A stretch of DNA of 59,784 nt, the filler included, from Squatina squatina (taxonomy: Eukaryota), in assembly GCA_031763465.1 (NCBI GenBank). It is 3 parts of 3 records of this genome, joined end to end, with 100 filler letters (N's around TTAATTAATTAA, not from the genome) between each part and the next. Parts side by side here need not be neighbours in the genome. Positions count along the whole stretch, not along the records: positions 46,418 to 59,784 come from JARFOE010000080.1; 2 more parts are not named here. One strand, given 5' to 3'. The first letter of the stretch is position 1, and every line of letters begins with the position of its first letter. The notes under the pieces are model-generated. The model worked only from the letters and a program-made list of their open reading frames with translations. It searched no databases and was not told the DNA's origin. This document shows positions 50,440-59,784 of the stretch, in pieces. A program made the position numbers and the translations under genes.

Positions 50440-51144
50440 GTAATCAAGAAAACATTACCATTTCACATTATATTATTGTACATGCTCATTTCTGCAATAA
50501 AATCAATGCTTTCACAAATACAATTAACTAAGAAATTGTATTTTAATAAATATGGAGAAAGTAGGAACAGGAAAAAGTATTTGTCCAACAAGCTGAGCTA
50601 TTTTTTGGCTGATGTCTACACACCTTCCTGCATTCTCACTATATCTCCACTATAGAGAATACATTTTGATGATAAACTGTGGGAGCAGAACTCATTTGCT
50701 TCTTAATTATTATTTGAACCTTGTAATTCTGAGGGGAGAATGTGATATGTGTGATAATGAACCTGATTTTGCTGTAGCGGGGCATCTAACAGCGTCTACC
50801 ATTAGTTAGACTTGCCCCAGCACATTTAGATTTTCAAAATTTTTGTGTGGCAAGTTGCTGATGGCATCACAGTGAGAAAAACAAGGCATCTGGGACCTGA
50901 ATGAACAGGGAAACTGAAGGTTTGTGAAATTAACAGTGCAAGGAAGTGTCCATTAGAATGGGTGAATTCAGGCACAGAAAGAAATAAGGCAAGGGAAAGA
51001 AAAAAAGAAAGATTGAATTAAGAGAGAGAAAAAAGAGACAGAAATGAAAAGAATGCAAATTTTAAATCTGACATCATTAAAATCTCAAAGAACAATTTAC
51101 CACCTGAAGAAATGAGACTCCACAGTTTAATCTCAAGCTCTCTG

Positions 51145-51315
51145 CTGCTTGCCATTTTAATTCTGTCGCACTCCCATTCTGACCTCTCTGTCTTTAGCCT
51201 TCTACATTGCTCCAATGAACCTCAATATAAGGTCGAGGAACAGCAGCTCATATTTCGAATAGGCTCTTTGCAGCTGTCTGGTCTTAACAGTGACTTCAAC
51301 AACTTCATACCTTAA
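51145..51315 (+). mobile_element. Penelope-like element, C-terminus of the GIY-YIG endonuclease
   Basis: HSHSDLSVFSLLHCSNEPQYKVEEQQLIFRIGSLQLSGLNSDFNNF fits the R..E..LI..LGTL.P.GLN motif. Confidence 0.72.
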
Positions 51316-52073
51316 CTACAGCATCCATTTTCTCTGTTGCAGTAGGTGCTGACAATGTGGAAAGTTGTGCCGACATTTCTGGGGATGGGGGAAAGGAGTG
51401 GGTTGGTTCTTGAGTTGGGGACCCCCTGTTGAAACATGACTGAAACTGACTATTGTCACCAGAATCCCGGGCCACTGGAGCCTGCTTTGCCTTGCCTGTT
51501 TTTCATGCTTCTCTTTTNNNNNNNNNNNNNNNNNNNNNNNNNNNNNNNNNNNNNNNNNNNNNNNNNNNNNNNNNNNNNNNNNNNNNNNNNNNNNNNNNNN
51601 NNNNNNNNNNNNNNNNNGGAGGGGGGAAATCAGAAAGGAAGTTTGTATCCGAGAGGCTCTTGTACATTTAGTGGCTTCCCAAAAACAACACTGGTAGATG
51701 GTCAGAAGCAAGCCACCTGTAAACCCTCTGAACCAATAAATCATGTGTTGTATGAGGAATCTAAATATAAAAAGTGACATATGGATTAGAACAGTGACAT
51801 AAAAACTTAACAAAATCAAGAAAGCACTAAACTAAATATTAAATTGTTATTAAATGAGCAATTAACTCAATTAATTAAAGTTTAATACTTGCAGAATGCT
51901 TGTACAATGCTTGGAAAACTCATATATATTTAGAATGCCATTGAACCTGAGAGATGTCCACGCTTCCCAATTGCCACTGCCCTTTGTATTGACAGTCATA
52001 TTACTCAGTGCACCAAGCTTGTCTAATACAAATTGTTAAATAATTGTGACCTTACAGATATTTCTTCTTTTAG

Positions 52074-52168
52074 TGAATGGAACCCCTGGTAGCCAGCTTT
52101 CTACTCCACGTTCCACCAAGACGCCAAGCCCATCGCCAACCAGCCCAGGCAGCCTACGCAAACAGAAG
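52074..52168 (+). CDS. DCLK1: DCLK1 internal exon (Ser/Pro-rich linker)
   Basis: ttcttttag| (V)[31 protein letters not shown] |gtgaga; 95 nt, ends in phase 0. Confidence 0.92.
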
Positions 52169-52949
52169 GTGAGATAATGTATTCTAATTACCTATAGAGA
52201 GGCTTGACTGGTCAAAGCAATTAATCATCAAAAAGGTAGCAATACTGAAGAAATCTGACAGATATTTCAGAGGGACTCATTAACTGCAAGTGAACTGCTC
52301 TAGGGGAGAAAAACAGCTTTTCATACACATTGGCATTAAAAACACGCTGACATTTGTGTCAAATGAAAAGCAAAACCATTCAATAACAGAGAAAGCAGCT
52401 TTTTGTAGTTGGGTATCAGAAAAAAGGTAAGTTCCTCAGCCATAAGTACGGCAATGCAAATTGTTTATGCAAAAAGGATTAGTGCTGTGAATATTTGATC
52501 CACTTAAGAAAAATGGGTTGTACCACCATAACAAAAGCCAGCTCAGAGAAACAAATCCAATTAATGTTTGAGCTATTAGCAGAATATATAGCTAACTCTG
52601 TCATTACTTGAACTACATCCTTCAATGCTGGTTGATTTTTGATAAACAGTTCTATCAGCTCTTATGTAGACCACTGGAGGGTGCTTCCTCCTCTTCACCA
52701 CCCAACCCCCACCCCCAGCCACTTTTCCTCACCTGCTTTCTCCCCTTCCCTCCTCTCTTTAAATTGTTGCAACATTACTGGGGTACTATTCTAGGGCCTT
52801 GTGCAAGTGGTCATTATCTATCAGTGAGTATTGCAGTAAATGTCAGCAGATTATTTTGACCTCAAAAGGTCATTACAGTTGACGGTAATCTAGTCTTCAT
52901 CCTACATTCGCATACATTCAATTCCAGCAAAGATTTCTGTCTGTACAGT

Positions 52950-54061
52950 GTTCAATTGGACCTTCAGCGCTGGCGCTAAATGGACGCTAGAGGTCTAACG
53001 CCCGTTTTTGGTGATAATGGCCTCCGCTCAAGAATTGGCATTGAGTCAGCGCAGATGCTAAATGGGCACAGCTCCTGCAGCACCAGAACCATGGCGTCGG
53101 ATGTCGCCCATGACGTTATCAGAAGGCGCAGCACCCAAAATGGCCGCCCGACAAAGAATTGACCTCCATTTCAAGACTTTAAAAGTAGCGGTGACACTGC
53201 CCAGTTTTTTGGGCGGTGCCACACTCCCTCCATTGATTTTTGGTGCTATTTAAAGCGGTAGGTTGGGTCGTCATCTTGGATGCATAAATCACATTTTTTC
53301 CACTTCAATCGCTTTGGAGGCTTTGTCTGCGAGTCGGGAACTGCATTTGCAAGACTAAACTTTGACTTTGAGTGAGCAGTTCAGTGCTCCAGATCATTAA
53401 AAAAAAAATTGGCCATGGGTGCTGCTTTAGCGGTGGACTGGGAACTCCACCGACATCACATAAGGTACTTTAGGCACAGGCGTCATCTCCTTTTGGAGCA
53501 GAGAGGTAAGCGCACAGTAAGACGAGGCTAGGGCGGAGGCAGCACCAGCTCCTCATCATGACCACGCCCAACAGCCCCTTGACTTGTCAGAGCCAGCTCA
53601 ACCACTGGTGGCACAGGCCAGACCACTACAGCATCCTCCCAAAGGTCAGAGAGGGAAGGAACATCGAAGGAGGTATGCTCACCGAGTCTTCAGAGGGCAG
53701 TTCAGCTACCTGCAAATGACGGATGAGCAATGTCTTAGAAGACTCTGCATCAGAAAGGAGGTCATCACAGAACTATACCAAGTCCTGTAGGCAGACCTGC
53801 AGCCTCAGACCAGAGCTACAGCTCTGTCTATGGTCTATGGTAAAGTAACAGTAGCATTCAACTTCTACGCCAATGGATCATTTCAAGGTACTACAGGTGA
53901 CATCTCCAACGTCTCCCATTACGCAGTCCATTGCTCCATTAGACAGGTAACCAATGCACTCTACAGGAAAAGAAGGCAGTACATATCCTTCCATTACAGC
54001 TGCCAGGATCAGCAAGACAGAGCTGTGGGCTTTGCCAATATAGCCGGCTTCCCCAGGGTGC
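52950..54061 (+). mobile_element. Harbinger element 5' region and N-terminal half of the transposase (pseudogene), in a DCLK1 intron
   Basis: CG-rich subterminal region, ATG at 53415, then RVFRGQFSYLQMTDEQCLRRL, KVTVAFNFYANGSFQGTTGDIS, IRQVTNALY, GFANIAGFPRV; contains stops and a frameshift and runs into a gap. Confidence 0.85.
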
Positions 54062-54695
54062 NNNNNNNNNNNNNNNNNNNNNNNNNNNNNNNNNNNNNNN
54101 NNNNNNNNNNNNNNNNNNNNNNNNNNNNNNNNNNNNNNNNNNNNNNNNNNNNNNNNNNNNNAACTTTCAAACTCTGTGATAAAATAATAAAGCCGCAGTT
54201 CAATAAATGATATATGATTAGTCCTATGTTAGCACAATCATTTTTAGGAAGAATGAATTAACAGAGATACAGTACCACGTTTTGGTAAAGTAAATGCTTA
54301 TTACTCATATATAAAACTGAGCATTATGCATTTTGAGACATTTTAGCCTAGAAATTATTGTTGGCAATATTAGTGGATTAATACTTAACATGTCATATGA
54401 CATTCCTCTGGGCATTATTCCATCAAACACATTAACCCATATGTCACAAAGATGTTTTTGGTTATCAAGGAATACACATTCACCAGCCAAAACTAGGCTA
54501 ATGGCATCCAAAACATCAATAAGCAGAAACTGAGTGACTACATATATAACATGCACCGGTTACCACCTGCATTAAAGAAGATATTAAACATTTTTCTGCT
54601 AATATAACCAATAGTAATTTACAAGCCTTTCTCTTTACGTAAAAGCCTAGTTTTTGTGACAGTGTCATGAGTTTAATTAGTACTCATTCTTGCAG

Positions 54696-54804
54696 ACATT
54701 GTGGAAGAAGTGTTCCAAGTGCCAGCATCCATAGCTGAACGTTACAAAGTTGGAAGGACTATCGGGGATGGAAATTTTGCAATTGTGAAAGAATGTATAG
54801 AAAG
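54696..54804 (+). CDS. DCLK1: DCLK1 exon, start of kinase domain (Gly-rich loop)
   Basis: ttcttgcag| [35 protein letters not shown](R) |gtatgt; 109 nt. Confidence 0.93.
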
Positions 54805-54858
54805 GTATGTATGTAAAATATGTTGAAGTGGACATCAGCTCTTTGATCTCAAATATTA

Positions 54859-55453
54859 GGGTAGATTTTCCTGAATGCTATGCTTGGGGAATTGGTGAAC
54901 CCCAGGCACAATGCAGTGGAAGAAGGAGCAGGAGACCAGTAATATCAGGTCTCCGCCTCTTCTAAGCACAGGCCGAGTGTACTTATTTTAATGAGGCCGG
55001 ACATTTCTGGCCTCTTGCATGCATTCCTGCTTCATACAACAAATTGGCAACCCATTGTAGGGGCTCCTAAAGGTAGCTGACGCTCCTTTAGCCCTATGTA
55101 CTGGAGGGTCTGCATGCATCGCGGACCCAGGCGAAATCATATCAGGTGAGTAAAAACATTTTGTAATGTCTCCCATTTCCTCCACGGATGATCTGAAGCA
55201 CTTGTGACCTTCTGGCAACAGCCAGAGGCTGTGATGTTGGTGCTAGGAGTACAGATGCAGACATGAGTCATCAGCATTTGCTCACTGACTTCCTCCCTGA
55301 TGTTGACACACAAGGTGCACTCTGGAGACGGGCATGTGACTGGAGCGCACCTGTGCCATGCAAATAACCCAGACCAGGAAAAATACAGGTAGCTACTTTC
55401 TCACAGGCACAGTGCACCCACTGAGTACAACTTAACCCATTAATTTTTCACCC
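54859..55453. mobile_element. Harbinger-type MITE in a DCLK1 intron
   Basis: TTA|GGGTAGATTTT...AATTTTTCACCC; GC-richer than the flanking intron. Confidence 0.45.
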
Positions 55454-55632
55454 AAAGTTATTGTATTATGTGTATTGTTTGAATAATCTTTATTGAATGT
55501 TTGCACTATCATCTGCAGATTATAAGTTTAATTAATTTTTTGAAATTCTGAATGTGCTGCAAATCAAAATAACTTTTCAGATTGATACTTGTGCTGTGTT
55601 ATCATTTTTAATGGATGTTTTCTTTCAATTAG

Positions 55633-55690
55633 GTCAACTAGTAGAGAATATGCTTTGAAAATTATTAATAAAAGCAAGTGTAGAGGCAAA
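55633..55690 (+). CDS. DCLK1: DCLK1 kinase exon (catalytic Lys, ALK)
   Basis: caattag| (R)STSREYALKIINKSKCRGK |gtgagt; 58 nt. Confidence 0.92.
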
Positions 55691-56289
55691 GTGAGTACTG
55701 AAAGAATTATTTTACTCAACTGTTGCTAATGTTTAGAAATATTAAATCCCTGGAATATTTAAACAGTATTCTACATAGGGGGGGCTCAATAACTCTGTTA
55801 GTAGACTTGNNNNNNNNNNNNNNNNNNNNNNNNNNNNNNNNNNNNNNNNNNNNNNNNNNNNNNNNNNNNNNNNNNNNNNNNNNNNNNNNNNNNNNNNNNN
55901 NNNNNNNNNNNNNNNNNNNNNNNNNNNNNNNNNNNNNNNNNNNNNNNNNNNNNNNNNNNNNNNNNNNNNNNNNNNNNNNNNNNNNNNNNNNNNNNNNNNN
56001 NNNNNNNNNNNNNNNNNNNNNNNNNNNNNNNNNNNNNNNNNNNNNNNNNNNNNNNNNNNNNNNNNNNNNNNNNNNNNNNNNNNNNNNNNNNNNNNNNNNN
56101 NNNNNNNNNNNNNNNNNNNNNNNNNNGAGGGGCCCAAAACTTGAAATATGTAAATACAGTGAACAACATAAAATAATGCCTTTCAGTAATGTGCAGAATT
56201 GTTTTTCTGTAAAGAAGTAAAACTAGAACCTAGCAATGTCTCAGTTACAGCTAAAGGACAAATTAGCAATCTGAACTATTGAATTCTCA

Positions 56290-56710
56290 GAATGTAAGAC
56301 GAGAAAATGCCATTCGGCCCATTGAATCTACTCTGCTGTTTTGTCAGCCATGACAACTCTATCGTTTTAATCCCAATTCCCTATCCTTTCTTCATAATCC
56401 CAATTCCCCATCCTTTCTTCATAATCCCTCTATTTTAAACACCTCAAACAGATCAGCCCATGAATCCTCATAAATAAGGAATTAACCCAATCCAATTATC
56501 ATTCTGGTGAATTGTCGCTGGATATTTACCTAGACCAGTAAATTCTTCCTAAGGTGGAGCTTTCAGAACTACACAAAATATTAATTAAGGTCTAACCAGC
56601 ACACTCTGCAACTGTGGAGAGTATTTCCTTGCTTTTATGTTACTGCTTGTGATGAAGACGAACCCCAGCAACCAAATAGCCTTTTTGGTTGCTTTGATTT
56701 TGTCAGGAAA
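56290..56710 (-). mobile_element. Decayed CR1 fragment with a 27-bp tandem duplication
   Basis: GCCATTCGGCCC 3' UTR; TAATCCCAATTCCCYATCCTTTCTTCA x2.3 at 56368-56428. Confidence 0.55.
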
Positions 56711-56761
56711 AGTATGTCAATCTTATAATGTCGGATTAAATGCTTCTTGTGCCTCTGACAG

Positions 56762-56881
56762 GAGCACATGATCCAAAATGAAGTGTCCATCTTACGAAGA
56801 GTTAAACATCCAAACATTGTTCTTTTAATTGAAGAGATGGATACACCAAGTGAACTTTATCTAGTCATGGAACTTGTCAAG
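56762..56881 (+). CDS. DCLK1: DCLK1 kinase exon (alphaC Glu, hinge)
   Basis: ctctgacag| [40 protein letters not shown] |gtaagg; 120 nt. Confidence 0.94.
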
Positions 56882-57224
56882 GTAAGGTCAATTTGTTGAG
56901 AAATGTGAGTCATAGAATGAAATAAGTCTTCAAGAAAAAATGATGGCGTGATTTGTATTCCAATTGTATTTCATGGAGTCATATTCTCAGGTGAGTAAGC
57001 ATGTTTATATTTAAATAAGAAACCTTAGTTAACTCTTTACTGCAAAAAAAAAAGCTGAGAGATTGATTGGCTTGTTAATTGATTGGGAAAGCATTCTGAT
57101 TTAGTAGCATTTAATTGAAATTTATTAAAAGGATCTCAAATTAATAAAGCATCTTAAATATGTTATTGAATACAAATAATTTGAAAGTAGCGTAAATGGT
57201 TTCTTTTGGAATATTTTATAGTAA

Positions 57225-57458
<234 letters not shown>

Positions 57459-59629
57459 TGATAATGCTAACACCAAAAAATATGAACATACCGATCAATA
57501 CTTTGAAATAATGTTATATAGAACATTCTTTCCACAATAGAACATCCAGTTAAAGAAGAAAATGTCTAGTTTTTTTGTAACAAATCTTGAGAATGTTCAT
57601 TATTTGTAGCAAATCATAAATCAGTACTTGTATTTATAATTCTGTTACAAATAGAAAGAGGAAATCCCCTTTGTGAGACCTGCTAATCTGCCATCTTAAG
57701 CTGGTCAGGACTCAGATCCACAGCTTTGTGGTCAAGTCTTAACTGCACTCTGAAGTGGCCTTGCAACCCTCTCAGTTGCATTCACCACCAACTTCTCAAG
57801 GCCAGTTCAGGGTGAGAAATGAATGTTGGCCTTGGCCGGTGTCGTTCACATCCATTGAATTAAAAATGTTTGCAGCATGTCACAACTACAAGAAAAGGTC
57901 ACCTGGCTTAAAGGTTTCATCCCTTACAATATTGCTATCTCTACTAATCCCTCCCCTTTTTTTAACCTACGTCCTTGCACCATTCCTACTATATCTCAGT
58001 TTTCCTTTGGCAGTCACAGACTTGTACTTCTCTTTTCGGGAGTGCTGAAAATCACAGGCAGGAATTTCACTTTGTCCTCCTGTCACGCACTGTTGCCAAA
58101 TGTTCTACAGTGACTCCATTAACCGATTCACTCCAACTACCTTCCCGAGTATGTTGCTACATTGCACCAACTGCTTGGAATTGGACTGGAAATAGCTTCA
58201 AGATTTGGAATGCCTTGTGTCTGGTTCTAACCTTCCTGACATTTTACCAAATTCCTGCCGATGTGAAAGTGAGAAATAGGCTTCAACTCAAATTAATATC
58301 AAGTGATCACAAAGAGTCCCCTTTCAATCTGATTCAGAAGGTGAAGATTCTGGGACAAGGAGGTCTTTCAGAAAGCAATTGTTACAAGACTGAATGCACA
58401 GATTACTTTCACCCAGGTCCAAAGCAGGTGAAAATTGATTACATGCCAAGGCGTGAATGGAGTTGTCCCCAGTTGGATCTTTAGTCTGAGTTAGTTGGTT
58501 TTGGGAATGTATTTATCCTATATGTTTAGATACCTTTAAAGGTGTTTCATTTGTCCTCTACAAAAGTATTATTGAACAACCTTGCCAGCCTAAGTTGTCA
58601 CTCATTTCTTTGAAATACATGAATTTACGATAGTTTGGTAATGGAGGTGCACGGGGTAGAGGCAAAGGTTTTCAGAGATAGTTAGTTGTGGAGAAAAGGA
58701 GCCTGGGATTAGCTGGTCCAGGTTCTGAGTGTTCTAAATGCAAAGCATTCCATTCGCAAACACTAACAGTTCTCATCTTCATGAAAATGAATTTTATAAC
58801 ACAAGTTTAGCATAATATTAAAGATTTTAACTTGGATTATAAGAGATGAATGGTTAAATAATTTGTGAAACACTCCAAACCCAGTTCTATTGCGACATCA
58901 GAATATAACTAGTCAGGGCTACACAGTGTAGATTGTTGTCTTTGACTGAAATCCTGGAATTTCCAGTTGATTACCTTTGTGGGTCAGTTGTATCATCTTG
59001 GAAATTCTGCCTTTAGTTATTCACTTCTCTCGAGAGTTTTAGTTGCCAAAAGTCCTAAATATAAGGTTGCTTAATGAACGGATTGAATTTTGAAATTTTT
59101 TGTATAATAGAATAAAAAAGGAAATTTAAAAGTGCAACTCTTGAAGGGAAAAAAAAAGGACTGGAAATAATAAAATTAAAATATAAAACAAAAATAACAC
59201 ACTTCAAATTAAATGAAGTAAGATTTTGTATTAATTAAGACTAGTGATAGGAAGTATTATATCTGCAGCAGATCATAGAATAATTCATTTGGTTGAAATA
59301 GCTTCTTGCCCCAGGCAGATTGCTTTTTGACCTTGTAGCCATACTATTCCAACTTCTTACTCCAAGCAGTGTTCCTGCCATATATGCTCAGGATCAGTGC
59401 CTATAAAGGATGGTTCTCGGCTAATGCTCTTTTATTTAGATCAGGGCTGAACAATAGCATGAAGTATAGTCGCTGAGTTTGAATAAACGTATGTGCCTAC
59501 TTCCTGCCAGTCTGATCGTTTGGTGTATCAGCCTAAAATATATCCAGAATGGTCTCAAGCAGCCAGATGAATGTGAAACTGTTGAATTTTGTTTGACCGG
59601 TAGCCAGGAAGACCCATTTTTTCCCATGT

Positions 59630-59784
59630 AATCATAGAAATTTGCAGCACAAAAGGAGGCCATTCACCTATTTTGTTTCTGCCAACTCTAGAGCAATCAA
59701 AAGCAGTCCCACTACTCTGCGCACTCCTCATAGCCATGCATCTTACTGTGCTTCAAATATTTATCCACTTTCTCTCAAAAGACG
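59630..59784 (-). mobile_element. CR1 3' end
   Basis: AATCATAGAAA...GGAGGCCATTC, similar to 48150-48310. Confidence 0.6.

Noticed and set aside
50440-50460. GNQEN read-through resembling the DCX alternative-donor extension GNDQD
   Set aside because: No GT donor 15 nt downstream; the similarity largely follows from the GTAA donor itself.
52051-52073. Upstream alternative acceptor cttacag
   Set aside because: It adds 16 nt and shifts the frame; the downstream AG gives the conserved 95-nt exon.
57975-58484. 169-aa ORF in a DCLK1 intron
   Set aside because: Not the expected next DCLK1 exon (VYEHQDGSKSLKLGDFGLA); no motifs and no clean splice sites.

Overview
Eukaryotic, repeat-rich vertebrate DNA. 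The LINE, SINE and Harbinger families present suggest a cartilaginous fish (shark or ray); this is an inference. It is a gapped draft assembly, and two artificial N44-TTAATTAATTAA-N44 linkers (22400-22499, 46318-46417) split the window into three pieces that need not be neighbours in the genome. Piece 1 (1-22399) has an intact two-exon GPR139-like class A GPCR gene (16935-18347, +, 326 aa) with TATA box and polyA signal, a divergently oriented decayed first exon of a paralog (~9633-9808, -), many CR1/RTE/L2 LINE fragments, Deu-domain SINEs, satellites and an LTR-like segment. It also has a Penelope-derived inverted-repeat insertion with an 11-bp target-site duplication that carries a minimal hammerhead-ribozyme core. 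Piece 2 (22500-46317) is AT-rich with no recognisable gene; it holds a decayed Harbinger transposase, MITEs and several enhancer-like unique blocks. Piece 3 (46418-59784) has seven internal coding exons of DCLK1 (+), with Harbinger, RTE, CR1 and Penelope remnants in the introns. Nearly all ORFs in the supplied track are repeat fragments or noise. I found no clearly new biological system. The best leads are the hammerhead-bearing Penelope insertion, the GPR139-like gene and paralog pair, and a few unexplained coding-like or LTR-like segments. Repeat family names come from recalled consensus features, not a database search.
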